Source of the DNA: a virus
Length of the DNA stretch: 64,000 nt
Reading direction: 5' to 3' (one strand)
Virus record (IMG/VR): IMGVR_UViG_3300007517_000007
Location: 7,285-71,284 of that record
Shown here: positions 29,914 to 40,225 of the stretch, piece by piece
Position numbering within the stretch: the stretch's first letter is position 1
Layout of the letters: every line of letters starts with the position of its first letter
Made by a program: the position numbers and the translations under genes
The notes under the pieces: generated by a model
Databases searched by the model: none
Told to the model about the DNA's origin: nothing
Seen by the model: only the letters and a program-made list of their open reading frames with translations

Positions 29914-32900
29914 CAGTCCCAGTCCTCGTCCCAGTCGTTCATCCCCATCGCCACGTCGGACAGCCTACGGATCACACGACGAGCGGCCGTGTTCGGGTTC
30001 TTCACGCCGTTCACCTCGATCTTGGCGACGTTCACGGACCGGGCCGCTGAGTCATGGGCGCGTGCACGAGCCGCCGCTGACGGCGTCCGACCGGCTTTCA
30101 CGCCGCGCTCGACAGCACGCGCCATCGACGATTCGTCCATACCGGCACCGACGCCGCGTGGCATCACGTCGAGCCCGAACATGTCAGCGATGTCCGTCAG
30201 GATCCTCGTCGAACGCGGCCGCTTCGACGGATGCAACGGGATGTACCCCTCGCCACCGGTCTCGGGTTCGGACCACAGTCGGGCGGTGTTACGTGAGATT
30301 TGGGCGACGTGGTTCTCTGTGATGCCGCCGTCCTTGAAGAACTCAAGGATGCCGCCATGCGCCAGCCGTCGAGGACTGTTGATCCCGCCGCCACCAGGCA
30401 AACGGCGTGGTGGAGCTTCGTCGGGGTTGTACCAAGGCCAGCCTCGCTGCTGACCTTCCACCGTTCCCGCCGGGACGGAGTTGAGTTCCAACGCGAACGC
30501 CGCAAGGGATTCGATGTCGGCGATGATGTCCGTGAGGTCGCCCTTGATCGGAATGGTGATTGCGAAATCATCTTGTTCATACGCCTGCTCGAACGCGTTG
30601 AGTGCGTCCCGGGCGGCGATCAGGTCGATGTCACCTGGGATCGTCAGACCGAGCCGTTCTCGTTCTTCGAGAGCTGCGATGCCTTCGCCGACGTCGACAA
30701 CGACAGCCTCGACCTTCAACGGGTCGACGTCTTCGCCGTTCAGGATGGACGCTGTGAACCCGCCGAGCTTCGCAACGTCAGCGTTGAACGCCGCCTCGAA
30801 CGAATCGACGGCGGTCGTCGCCAACGCCGTCGGGTCGAGGATCCGATCGACGATCTCTTTCGCTGTCGCAGCGTCGAGACCCGAGCTGACCAGACCACTG
30901 ACAAGGCTGTCGACAATCGACGGGATCTTGATGGCTGCATCCAACGGGTTGTCGTCGACGGCCTGCTGAATGAGAACACCAGCCTGCCTGATCTGGCTGT
31001 CGATCTCGTTCTGGAAGAACTCGCGTGATTCGTCGGTTGGAGCCTCGATCAGCAGACGGGCAAGCGAGATCCCTCGTTCACCCGCCTGATTGTTGAGCAG
31101 CTCGTTCAACGTGATCGGAGTCTGAGACAATACGGCGGCACGGGATTCCAGTTCAGCGAGATTGGCAATCCGTTCTTCGATTTCACTCTCGATGTCGTCG
31201 ACCTTCTCGAACACCCCGTCACGTTTCGCTCGCAGAGCAGCCGCGATCGCCACCGCACCTTTCTTGTCGGCGTCAGCGATGGTGGCATCCAGATCGGCCA
31301 CCTCGATCGTTGCGTTTGCCTGCTCCTCCGCCAACTTTTTCTGGAGGTCGATGATCCCCTCGCGCTCCTTGCCGATGTCCTCGATCAGTCCCTGTCTTTC
31401 TTTCAGCTCGTCAGCGTTCGTGACGTCGTTGAGTGCTTTGCTGATGTCACGGAACCCTCCGGCGAAGTCCTGTCGGTCCGTGATCTGATCGAGCTTGTTG
31501 AGCATCGAGTCGAGCGACTCCGTGAACCGGTTAGCAGCCGCGTCGGCCAGCTTCATCGCGGCCTCAACCGCAGCAGCCATCTCCTCAGCTGCGAGCGCAG
31601 TGCCCTCCAGCCCGTCGGCCATGTCATCGGTCGCAGAAACGAACTTGACGGACCCGTCATCGGCGACCTCGACCGCGAGGTTGAAGTTCTCTGCCAGTGT
31701 TTCAGGCTTCATCAGCAGAACGTCGAACGCGTCGATGCCCGCGTCGGTCAGTGTCTTCGGAATTACCGCATCGAATATTCCGGACAAAGCATCCTGGTTT
31801 TCTTTGAGTCGTTCGACGATCGTCTCGGTCTCCAAGCCGAGACTCGAAGCGAGGGAGTTGATCCCGGCGATCTGGTCTTTCGTGAGTCCAGCCGAGCTGG
31901 TGATGGCATTCAGATCGACCAGCATTCGGGCGGCAAGGTTCCTGGCGTCGGCTGCCGTCTGCGACTGGACGTCGAGTCCCGCCTTGTTCAACTCTTTGAC
32001 AATCTCGACGACCTCTCCCAGTTTCGATGCGTCGATTCCGATCACGTTGCCGAGACTGTCCTCGACGGGTGTGAACAACTGGCTGACGTCGAACTCGCCC
32101 TCGAACTCGCTCATCGTGAGATCGAACTGCTCACGGAAGTTCTGCGCGTACAACTCGCCTTGTCGCAAGGCAACGTCGGTGTCTCCGGCGGCAAAGAGGT
32201 CGTTCACCTGCTGTTCAGTGATCGAAGCGGCCTTGGACTGGACCTCGTCCAGGCCCGTTAGGAACGCCTGCAACCGGGTGGGATCGCTCGCCAATGTGAG
32301 GAAATCGTTGAGAGAGATGCCCAGATCCTCGAACTGCTGCCGGGCTTCCTCCCCACCGATGATTCCAACGGCAAGGTCACCGAACTCGGCATCGGTTGTG
32401 ATGCCCAGGAGACTCAGCATCTCAATCTCGACACGGTTCAAGTCATCAACGATCTCCCTTGCAATCCGGTCGATCTCGGCCTCGTACTCTGCGGCAGCTT
32501 GCTTCGCGTCGACCCACATGGACACGAGTGCACCGCCGACCACGGCCGCCGACGTGGCGATGCCAGCGATCGGCCCGGCGGCGAAGGCGGTCCCGATCGA
32601 CGTGGCCGCACCGAGGAACCCGACCGCCTGCGTGGTGGCGTCCTCCGACGAGAGAGCCAGACCGGAGAAGAACCCGGCCGCCGCTGTCGCCGCTCCGTTG
32701 AGCGCCCCGTTCATCTGCTGCGCGGCCTGCTGCACCCGGGCCCCGGTGACGCCGACCGCACCGGCGACCCGAGTCGTGGAGTTCCCGAACCGTGTGGAGC
32801 TGGCCTCAGCGAGTTGCAGCGACGCCGAGAACCTCGCCATGCCGCTCGTGATGCCGCTCAGCGACGTCTGTAGCGCCCCGATGGCCTTGAACGCCAGGAA

Positions 32901-34859
32901 CCCTCCAGCGATCGCTATGAGAGCCTCAGTTGGGAACACGTCCAGGATGTCAGCCAGGAAGCCCAATGCCGGGACGAGCCCCTGAGCGAGAGCGACGGTC
33001 ACGCCTGCGATCGTCACGAGCAGAGGCGACAAGTCGGCGATCGCCTCGACGAACTCACCCAACAATGGTGTCAGCTCAACCAAGCCATCGCCGAGAGCGT
33101 CAGTGAGTCCGGCACCGAGCACCGCGGCGGTCTTGCCCAGTTGTTCGAGGATCGGGAGTACCTGCGAACGGATTTCCGGTGTAGCAGCAACGAACGCGAT
33201 GACCGCCGCAGTGACGGGACCGATGATCTGCAAGAACCCGCCGAACGGGCCGAGCAAAGCGCCCAGCGAACCGAGCCCGAGCGCGCCGAACGCTGCGCCG
33301 AGCGGAGCCAGAGCCGGGCCGAGACCCGACAACCGTTCGATGAGCGGGTCGATCTGTTCGGGGATGGTGCCGATGAACTCGACGAAGTCCTTGAACCCTT
33401 CCGATTCGCTCAGCCCGCCGAGTGTCTCGTTGATCGTCTTGTTGAACTTGTTGATGACGTCGGTGCCTGCGTTGAACCCGGCCGTCAACGCACCCTGGAT
33501 CGGGTCGATGACCGCAAGGCCGAGCCGGGCGGTCGCCGACTTGAACCCTCCGATCGAGCCGGTCAAGGTATCGCGGAGCCTTTCCATTGTCCCGGCGAAG
33601 GCGACGGTGGCACCGTTGACACCAGTCGATCCGTTCAGGATCCCTTCGGACAGAATGTCGAGGGCTTCACCGGCTGGTACTGCGCCCTCCGACACCATCT
33701 TGCGGATCTCTGTGGTCGTCACCCCGAACGAGTTGCCCAGGATCCGTAGGGCGTCGACACCGGTCGACTGCAACGACAGCAGATCCTCACCCATGACACG
33801 GCCCTGCACCGAGATTTGACCGAACGTCGTCGACAGACGCTGCGCGAACTCGTTGGCCCGTGAACCCCTCGTCGCAGCAGCTTCACCGATCGCCGTCAGG
33901 TAGCCGGGGACTTTTTCGGCTTCGATACCGAACGAGATCATGTTCGACGCTGCCGTCGCGAACTGGTCCAGGTTGAACGGGGTGCCAGTCACGACATCGA
34001 GGACGTCGCCGAGCACGGCAGCGGCCTCCGTCGCCGAGCCGAGAGCGACAGTCAGCGACGCTGTGGCGTCCTGGATCGTCGTCAACCGTTGGAAGCCTCG
34101 GAACAGTGACGTCGCAAAGAAAGCGCCGCCAGCCAACCCGACCGCACCGAGCGAACCTTGCACGACCCGACCGAACGACGCCGCGAAGTCCCGCCCAGAC
34201 CTCTCACCGACTGCACCGAACCCTGCGCCAGCGGAGGCCCCGACAGCCCCACCGACTGCACCACTAGCACTCTGCGCGACGACCTGCTGGAACTGCTGAG
34301 TGTTCGCCGTGACCGGCACAACGAGCGGGTTCTGCGTAGCGACCGCTTCGAGTGCGCCGATCTCGTCGAGTGCAGCGTCGATGTTCGCGGTGACGGGAAG
34401 GACGAGCGGGTTCGTTGCCGTCAGTCCTTCGAGTGCGCCGATCTCGTCGAGTGCTGCGTCGATCGCGGCGGTGACCGGCAGGATTAGCGGGTTCGTCTGG
34501 ACGAGTCCTTCGAGTGCGCCGATCTCGTCGAGTGCTGCGTCGACGGCGGCGGTGACCGTGACGACGAGCGGGTTGTTCTGCGCGAGCCCTTGCAACGCGA
34601 TGAGGTCGTCGAGGGCTTTGGTCGTGTTGATGCTGACCGGGATCTTGATGCCGCCACGCGACGAGAACGCTGCGAACGCCCGGTTCAGGTCGGCTTGCGC
34701 TTTGCGGGCGTCGACACTGACGCCGATGTTGATCGCAGCTTGCTTTTCGAGTTGCGTCGTGAGGCGGATCAGCCTGCCGCGGAGCGCGTTGAAGTCCTGG
34801 TCGAGTTTGTCGCCGGAAAGACGAAGATCGGCTATGGCGGATGCGAACTCCGACGGCAT
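29913..34859 (-). CDS. Tape measure protein
   Basis: 1648 aa, Ala/Gly-rich; TPFNLDQF tape-measure domain; C-terminal EPETGGEGYIPL. Confidence 0.95.
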   Translation of the reverse strand: MPSEFASAIADLRLSGDKLDQDFNALRGRLIRLTTQLEKQAAINIGVSVDARKAQADLNRAFAAFSSRGGIKIPVSINTTKALDDLIALQGLAQNNPLVVTVTAAVDAALDEIGALEGLVQTNPLILPVTAAIDAALDEIGALEGLTATNPLVLPVTANIDAALDEIGALEAVATQNPLVVPVTANTQQFQQVVAQSASGAVGGAVGASAGAGFGAVGERSGRDFAASFGRVVQGSLGAVGLAGGAFFATSLFRGFQRLTTIQDATASLTVALGSATEAAAVLGDVLDVVTGTPFNLDQFATAASNMISFGIEAEKVPGYLTAIGEAAATRGSRANEFAQRLSTTFGQISVQGRVMGEDLLSLQSTGVDALRILGNSFGVTTTEIRKMVSEGAVPAGEALDILSEGILNGSTGVNGATVAFAGTMERLRDTLTGSIGGFKSATARLGLAVIDPIQGALTAGFNAGTDVINKFNKTINETLGGLSESEGFKDFVEFIGTIPEQIDPLIERLSGLGPALAPLGAAFGALGLGSLGALLGPFGGFLQIIGPVTAAVIAFVAATPEIRSQVLPILEQLGKTAAVLGAGLTDALGDGLVELTPLLGEFVEAIADLSPLLVTIAGVTVALAQGLVPALGFLADILDVFPTEALIAIAGGFLAFKAIGALQTSLSGITSGMARFSASLQLAEASSTRFGNSTTRVAGAVGVTGARVQQAAQQMNGALNGAATAAAGFFSGLALSSEDATTQAVGFLGAATSIGTAFAAGPIAGIATSAAVVGGALVSMWVDAKQAAAEYEAEIDRIAREIVDDLNRVEIEMLSLLGITTDAEFGDLAVGIIGGEEARQQFEDLGISLNDFLTLASDPTRLQAFLTGLDEVQSKAASITEQQVNDLFAAGDTDVALRQGELYAQNFREQFDLTMSEFEGEFDVSQLFTPVEDSLGNVIGIDASKLGEVVEIVKELNKAGLDVQSQTAADARNLAARMLVDLNAITSSAGLTKDQIAGINSLASSLGLETETIVERLKENQDALSGIFDAVIPKTLTDAGIDAFDVLLMKPETLAENFNLAVEVADDGSVKFVSATDDMADGLEGTALAAEEMAAAVEAAMKLADAAANRFTESLDSMLNKLDQITDRQDFAGGFRDISKALNDVTNADELKERQGLIEDIGKEREGIIDLQKKLAEEQANATIEVADLDATIADADKKGAVAIAAALRAKRDGVFEKVDDIESEIEERIANLAELESRAAVLSQTPITLNELLNNQAGERGISLARLLIEAPTDESREFFQNEIDSQIRQAGVLIQQAVDDNPLDAAIKIPSIVDSLVSGLVSSGLDAATAKEIVDRILDPTALATTAVDSFEAAFNADVAKLGGFTASILNGEDVDPLKVEAVVVDVGEGIAALEERERLGLTIPGDIDLIAARDALNAFEQAYEQDDFAITIPIKGDLTDIIADIESLAAFALELNSVPAGTVEGQQRGWPWYNPDEAPPRRLPGGGGINSPRRLAHGGILEFFKDGGITENHVAQISRNTARLWSEPETGGEGYIPLHPSKRPRSTRILTDIADMFGLDVMPRGVGAGMDESSMARAVERGVKAGRTPSAAARARAHDSAARSVNVAKIEVNGVKNPNTAARRVIRRLSDVAMGMNDWDEDWD
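34306..34615 (-). repeat. Four 27-aa (81-nt) repeats in the TMP N-terminus
   Basis: LDEIGALEG...NPL..PVTA.IDAA units spaced 81 nt apart. Confidence 0.85.
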
Positions 34860-34886
34860 GGTGGCCCAACCTTAGTGTGCGGCCGT

Positions 34887-35170
34887 TCAGTCGTTCATGA
34901 ACTCGGCGTGGGCCTTCGCCAGCTCCCGGGCCTTGCGTTGCTCGGCGAGTGTTTCGTTGGTCACGATCGGGATACCGAGTTTGGTCGCCATGTCTTTCAT
35001 CTTGCGCGCCCGGGCGAGTTCCTCGGGGAACGCCTGCTCGTAGAACACGATCGTCAAACAGATCGCGTCGAAGTAGCTCAGCCCGTGGAGGATGGTTCCT
35101 CGGATCCGGAGTCGTCCCCAGAATCCGGATTGGAGGCAGACGGTGGCGGCGACTGCGGCAACGTAGGGTC
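34887..35170 (-). CDS. Tail chaperone GT extension via -1 frameshift
   Basis: The -1 frame is open from GGACCCTAC (35163-35171): PYVAAVAATVCLQSGFWGRLRIRG...EFMND*. Confidence 0.65.
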
Positions 35171-35662
35171 CACGTTGGTTGCCACCGCCGCATCGTCTTC
35201 GTTCGAGGCCAGGACTTCACGTTCGAGCCATGACCGCAGCCCGGTCACCTCGCGTGGGTCACCTGCCAGCAACGCCGGTCGCAGCGTCGCTCGGTCGGCC
35301 TCGTTGACGAGGATCAGCATGATGTCGACGGCGGCCGCCCACGTTGCCTGCTCGAACGCCAGACGGCTCTCGATGAGAGCGTTGAACTGAATCGGGTAGT
35401 CGTCATCGGTCGGCGTCATTGTGTCGAGCTGCTCACGCATCTGGCGCGCTGAGTTCGCTGTCTGCACGAGCTGCGCGTGGCGGCCGGTCGTGTATCGCAG
35501 CGTGTTCTCGAACGAGATCGACGCAGCCGCCCGGGACTTGATGATCTCGGTCGAGGTGCCGTCGGCGGACACGGCGTCCCACTCGAACTCTTTACCGACG
35601 ACTGATGTGCCGAAACGGGCGAGAGCGTTCTGCGGGACGGGTGGGGGCACGAAATCGGTCAT
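35078..35662 (-). CDS. Tail assembly chaperone (G)
   Basis: Upstream of TMP; leaderless promoter at 35670-35690; DPT motif near the end. Confidence 0.75.
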   Translation of the reverse strand: MTDFVPPPVPQNALARFGTSVVGKEFEWDAVSADGTSTEIIKSRAAASISFENTLRYTTGRHAQLVQTANSARQMREQLDTMTPTDDDYPIQFNALIESRLAFEQATWAAAVDIMLILVNEADRATLRPALLAGDPREVTGLRSWLEREVLASNEDDAAVATNVDPTLPQSPPPSASNPDSGDDSGSEEPSSTG

Positions 35663-35691
35663 GGCGGCGACTGTACTAGACGGTGCGACAG

Positions 35692-36090
35692 TCAGCGTCT
35701 CCCGACGATCGGGTTGCGATACCCGAGCCGGATGAACACTCGCAGCGTCCACCGGTTCGGGGGGACCGCACGCGATTTCTTCGCGAACACGACGACACCG
35801 GTTTTCGTCACCCAACGCAACGCCTGCGCCCGGACCGGACGGACGATGCCACGACCGGCGAACACGTACTGCACGTAGGAGGTGTCGAACCGGAACCGGA
35901 TGATCCGGGCGTTGCCGTCACGGTAGACGGTCGGGTCGACACTCGCGGAAGCGCGCAGCATGCCGGTGTCGACCGGGGCTTCGATCTGCATGAGGATCAG
36001 GATGAGCGGTGCCTTGACGCGACGGTACTCGACGACCATTTCGTCTTTCAGCCGCTCGATGGCGCGTGGCTGTAGCTCAACCCGCGCCAT
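35692..36090 (-). CDS. HK97 gp10-like tail completion protein
   Basis: APVDTGMLRAS...Y..YV..G...ALRW. Confidence 0.75.
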   Translation of the reverse strand: MARVELQPRAIERLKDEMVVEYRRVKAPLILILMQIEAPVDTGMLRASASVDPTVYRDGNARIIRFRFDTSYVQYVFAGRGIVRPVRAQALRWVTKTGVVVFAKKSRAVPPNRWTLRVFIRLGYRNPIVGRR

Positions 36091-36093
36091 CGG

Positions 36094-36423
36094 TCACCAG
36101 CCGTTGACGATGCCGGAACGGTTCTTGCCTTCGCGTTCCGCCTGGATGATCGCGTCGGCCTGGTCCGGGTTGCGGTCGACGTAGCTTTGGACGTCACGCA
36201 CCGAGTACCCGTTCGGGTCGTAGGTGGGGACTTCGTTGAGCGCGTCGGCCATGTGTGTCAGGACGTCGCCGATCGCAGTGTCGTCGTACAGTTCCATTCC
36301 GTACCCGGCGTCGCACCACTCGTCGAGCTGGTCGTCGTCCATGTACAGCTCGTCGGCGTCGACGATGTCACCGTGGGAGCCGACTGAAAGGTTCGGGCTG
36401 GTCACAACGAAGCGGCGCATCAT
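36094..36423 (-). CDS. Hypothetical virion-module protein
   Basis: YSVRDVQSYV...EREGKNRSGI motif. Confidence 0.55.
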   Translation of the reverse strand: MMRRFVVTSPNLSVGSHGDIVDADELYMDDDQLDEWCDAGYGMELYDDTAIGDVLTHMADALNEVPTYDPNGYSVRDVQSYVDRNPDQADAIIQAEREGKNRSGIVNGW

Positions 36424-36436
36424 CGGATGGTACCAG

Positions 36437-36970
36437 TCACCCCGACACGGCAACGGGAGTCGGGCACGGCGCGCAGAGCGTCAGGTTCGCGAGGAGGTCG
36501 ATCTGAAATCCGGAGCATTTACCGTCCGACGGGACAGGTATCGCAGACACGTACCGGATGTTCGCCGGGCCGCAGCACCGCAGCGCTTTCACCGCACGCC
36601 ACCGGGCGTCCTGGAGAACACGGCCGTAGCCCAGCTCGGCGGGGTCCGTGATTACCGTCCCCGACTTCGAGATCGTCTTGAAGCAAGACAGGAACGTCAC
36701 GGTGATGCCCATCACCATCTCGACGCAGCCGTGCTTGCCGAGCACGAACGGCGCACCCGACGCCGGGAGTTCACCAGTGGCCTCCACGCGCAGCACAGGT
36801 CGCCCACCGGTGCAGCAGTCGAGCACCCCGCCGCCCCCGGCGTCACCGATGAAGAACCGTGGTTCCAGCTCGGTCTCGCAGGACTCGTTCATGATCGTGA
36901 AATCACCGAGGCAAGTCGCGACGGCCAGCAACGCGTCGATCGGCGCAGCGAAACCGGGAGGTTGACTCAT
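36437..36970 (-). CDS. Tail terminator-like protein
   Basis: Position next to the major tail gene; Cys-rich as in cluster-B homologues. Confidence 0.55.
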   Translation of the reverse strand: MSQPPGFAAPIDALLAVATCLGDFTIMNESCETELEPRFFIGDAGGGGVLDCCTGGRPVLRVEATGELPASGAPFVLGKHGCVEMVMGITVTFLSCFKTISKSGTVITDPAELGYGRVLQDARWRAVKALRCCGPANIRYVSAIPVPSDGKCSGFQIDLLANLTLCAPCPTPVAVSG

Positions 36971-37056
36971 GCCGTCACATTAGCCGTGGCGCGCAACCGC
37001 CCCCGTCGAACTGTGTGGCAGCACGAACCGGGGGCGGCGCAGGTAGCAGTGAGTGA

Positions 37057-37773
37057 TCAGGAAATGGATTCGTCGATCGGTGTCAGCGTGCAACCGGACT
37101 TCGGGAACACCACCGGGCAGGTGATCAGGTACGAGTACATCCAACTGCGGCCCGTGGCGATCGCAGCGAACTTCGGGGCCCAATGCGCCAGGTACACGGG
37201 CAGCGCCGCAGCGTTTGCGTAGTTCGCAAACAGGTTCTTCGACAGGGCGGTCTGGGCCTGCATCTGGAGATCCGGGACGGTCTCGCCGTCGGCGGTCTCG
37301 TCGCCGGACTTCACCCACTGTTCGAGGAACGGGATGAGCACAGCGATGCACTGTGCGGCTGCGCCACCGGCGCAGGCGTCGGTCGACGGCTCGAAGATCA
37401 CTTCGAGAGCGACCCGGTTCGTGCCGGTCAACTCGCGATCTTCCCAGCCGACGATGGCGCTGCCGACGATGTCGAGTGTCCGGTACCCGGTGACCGCCTC
37501 GAACACCGGATTCGCTCCACAGAACGTGATGGCGATCTGGTAACCGCGGTCGGTGGGGTTCGGGCGCGGCTTCTTACACGTACGACCTGACACCGTCTTC
37601 GTGACGGCATCGGCCGGGGTGTCGACCTGCCGGGTTCGGACGAACGTCTGGATGGCGTCCTCCAACCCCTTGAGTGCCGGGGTGGGGTTCTGGATCAGCG
37701 TGGGGATACGCCCACACTCATCGAGTTGGAATGCTGTCATCCGGCGGATGACCTGGGAGTCGAAACACGTCAC
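37057..37773 (-). CDS. Major tail protein
   Basis: RMTAFQLDECG...ITFCGANP...VALE. Confidence 0.75.
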   Translation of the reverse strand: MTCFDSQVIRRMTAFQLDECGRIPTLIQNPTPALKGLEDAIQTFVRTRQVDTPADAVTKTVSGRTCKKPRPNPTDRGYQIAITFCGANPVFEAVTGYRTLDIVGSAIVGWEDRELTGTNRVALEVIFEPSTDACAGGAAAQCIAVLIPFLEQWVKSGDETADGETVPDLQMQAQTALSKNLFANYANAAALPVYLAHWAPKFAAIATGRSWMYSYLITCPVVFPKSGCTLTPIDESIS

Positions 37774-37851
37774 GAGGAAACCTCCGGGTAGGACTGGACC
37801 GTCATGGTCGTCATGTTAGAGCGGTCGGCGCTGTCGGCGTGGTTATTCACT

Positions 37852-38709
37852 TCACGACCCGAGTTCAGGGTTCGGGATGCGACGCGCGCCGCGCCGATGC
37901 TTCCGGAACGAGTACGCCCTGGCCCGCCTGGTGAGTCCGTGCGGGTTCGTGCGCGTGATCCACTGGTCAGGGACGTACAGACCGGTGAGGCCGTCGGTGA
38001 GGAACTCCATCGGGTCGATGAACCCGATCGTGACCCCGGCATGGTTCGTGTACGTCTTCGTGCGTTGCGGCAGTGAGCATTCCTGATCGTCCGAGAGAGC
38101 CATCGCGATTTCGCATGCCAGCACACCCGTGGCGATCGCTCCGGTACGCGAAACCGGGATGCCGTGCCGGTACGTGATCTCCCATGAGTCAGCCGAACCG
38201 CGACGCCCGTGCTGAGCGGTCGGCCAACCGGTGTCGTCGTCACGGATCAGGATGTTGCCGTCGAGGTAGTAGCTCGACGGGTTGACAACTGCCCCGCCGA
38301 CGATGACCTGGACGACGTCGATGACCCTTGTGTGCCACAACCGGATCTTCGTGTTCCCACCGCACGAACACCCGTATCCGCAGCCGTCGCAGCCGCCGCC
38401 GTCGTAGAACTGGCGGAACCGGTCTGCGCCGATCATGCCGCTGATCTTCGGGTCGACAAGCGACCAGTTGTCCTGATGCCCGACTTCGCACGGTGGGGGC
38501 GGCAACGGAGCGAACGTCGAGGTGCACACCCCGTACCGGCGGGCGGTCGCTGCGTTCATGATGTCAGCGGCGGCCTCTTGTGCGGTCGCCAGCACGTCGC
38601 GGTCGAACGGTGTTGACGGCGAGCAGTTCAGGATGATCGGCCAATCACAGTCCGGCTCCACCGTGCGAGGAGCCTCGTAGCTGTCGCCATCGACGACGTT
38701 GATCGGCAT
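37852..38709 (-). CDS. Head-to-tail adaptor
   Basis: CDWP...ATARRYGVC...ITYRHG...LACE...LP...GLTGL..PDQWI..NP. Confidence 0.8.
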   Translation of the reverse strand: MPINVVDGDSYEAPRTVEPDCDWPIILNCSPSTPFDRDVLATAQEAAADIMNAATARRYGVCTSTFAPLPPPPCEVGHQDNWSLVDPKISGMIGADRFRQFYDGGGCDGCGYGCSCGGNTKIRLWHTRVIDVVQVIVGGAVVNPSSYYLDGNILIRDDDTGWPTAQHGRRGSADSWEITYRHGIPVSRTGAIATGVLACEIAMALSDDQECSLPQRTKTYTNHAGVTIGFIDPMEFLTDGLTGLYVPDQWITRTNPHGLTRRARAYSFRKHRRGARRIPNPELGS

Positions 38710-38747
38710 GCGCCCGACCTTACAGCGGACGACGGATCACTCTGCTG

Positions 38748-39422
38748 CTATCGGAACTCGGCGAGGAGTCGCCCCATCATGAACCGGTCGCTGCGCGCCG
38801 CCCGGTACCGCATGTTGAGCTGTTCACCCGCTATCGAACCGATCTGCCTGCTATGCCGTTTCGGATGCGGATGCCAGAAATGGTAGAGCTGCTGCGAACC
38901 GCGCCAGGGCTCGCCGAGCGTCAGCTGCAACGCGTAGCCCCATGCCTCGTCTTCCTGGCCCCATCCCTCGAAGCGGGGATCCAACGGGCACGACCGGTAC
39001 GACGCCACGGTGAGAGCGACGCAGCCGCCGCCGATGATCCCGAGGTACGGGGCCTGGTCCCAGTTGTCGCGACCGAGTTCGTCGAACGACACATCACCGG
39101 CAAGCACCCGGGACGTCAGATCCTCGTTCATCCGGTGCACACTCAGATGCGGGACCACCCACCCGTACTCGCCGACGAATCGCAGGGTGGCAGGCAACGC
39201 CGGGATCCACACGTCGGCGTCGTGCACGACCAGCACGTCGTCGTCGGCCCAGTCGTCGCCGATCGCGTCAGCCACTGCGACGGCCTTCGACCAGACGCCG
39301 TGACACTGGCCGACCGTGACCGTGGCCGACGGCAGCAGGTCGGGTAGGTGCCTGGTCAGCCAGTCGAGCGACGCCTGCCGGTGCGGGTCGTCGCCGCCGA
39401 ACGGGATGACAACGCGAATCAT
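38748..39422 (-). CDS. Glycosyltransferase (GT2/galactosyltransferase-like)
   Basis: VVHDAD, DPRFEGWGQED, HFWH. Confidence 0.85.
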   Translation of the reverse strand: MIRVVIPFGGDDPHRQASLDWLTRHLPDLLPSATVTVGQCHGVWSKAVAVADAIGDDWADDDVLVVHDADVWIPALPATLRFVGEYGWVVPHLSVHRMNEDLTSRVLAGDVSFDELGRDNWDQAPYLGIIGGGCVALTVASYRSCPLDPRFEGWGQEDEAWGYALQLTLGEPWRGSQQLYHFWHPHPKRHSRQIGSIAGEQLNMRYRAARSDRFMMGRLLAEFR

Positions 39423-40225
39423 GTCACCGGATCGAAGATCAAGGCCGCCTGGATCTCGCCGTGAATGTCGAGCTTGGCCCGAGGATTCTGACGCCAGTAC
39501 CAGGTGTGGAACAGTTCGTCGATCGCTTCGGGGCCGGACTGGTCGAGGATCTGGCCCCACTGCCGCCAATGCGCCCCGAACTCGGCGTCGAGGTCGGTTG
39601 CTGCGTACGCTGCTGCGCCGTTGCGGACCTTGCGGACGAGTTGCTCGACGGACCGGTACGGGAAATGCCGGACGACGAGCTGCGATTCGTAGGTGGTCGC
39701 TCCGCCCTGGTAGCTGGCGGAGTGGTTGCCCATCTCGATGACGAGGTCGTCACGCCAGCGGCACGCGACCTTCGGCATTGCCCCGGCGTGCACTCGTCGC
39801 CATCCGAGCCGGGCGATCGGGTCCGGGTCTTCACTGTCTTCGCCGGTTGCGACGTGGTCGTACAAGGTGGCGGGCATGACCAGCCACTGCTCGGCGAGCC
39901 CGGACAGCACCTCACGGATCGTTCCGAACGGTGAGTACCACCACTCGTCGGCGTCGAACGGGACGATCCACTCAGCGCCGTAATGGGTGCGGGCGAGCGC
40001 GCCGAGTTCGGTCATCTTGCGGGACTGGTGGTAGCCGACCTCGAAGTCGTCGACGACGTGCAGCTCGATGTCGTCGGCCAACCGGTCGAGGATCTCACGG
40101 GTGCCGTCGGTCGACATGTTGTCCGCGACGATCACAGCGGACACTTCGTCGGCCATGTGCCTCACGACGCGTTCGATGATGTCGGCCTCGTCCTTGACCA
40201 TCGTCACCGCAACGGTGCGCGCCAT
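39419..40225 (-). CDS. Glycosyltransferase family 2
   Basis: VKDEAD, DNMSTDGT, PFDADE, HFPYRS. Confidence 0.85.
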   Translation of the reverse strand: MARTVAVTMVKDEADIIERVVRHMADEVSAVIVADNMSTDGTREILDRLADDIELHVVDDFEVGYHQSRKMTELGALARTHYGAEWIVPFDADEWWYSPFGTIREVLSGLAEQWLVMPATLYDHVATGEDSEDPDPIARLGWRRVHAGAMPKVACRWRDDLVIEMGNHSASYQGGATTYESQLVVRHFPYRSVEQLVRKVRNGAAAYAATDLDAEFGAHWRQWGQILDQSGPEAIDELFHTWYWRQNPRAKLDIHGEIQAALIFDPVT

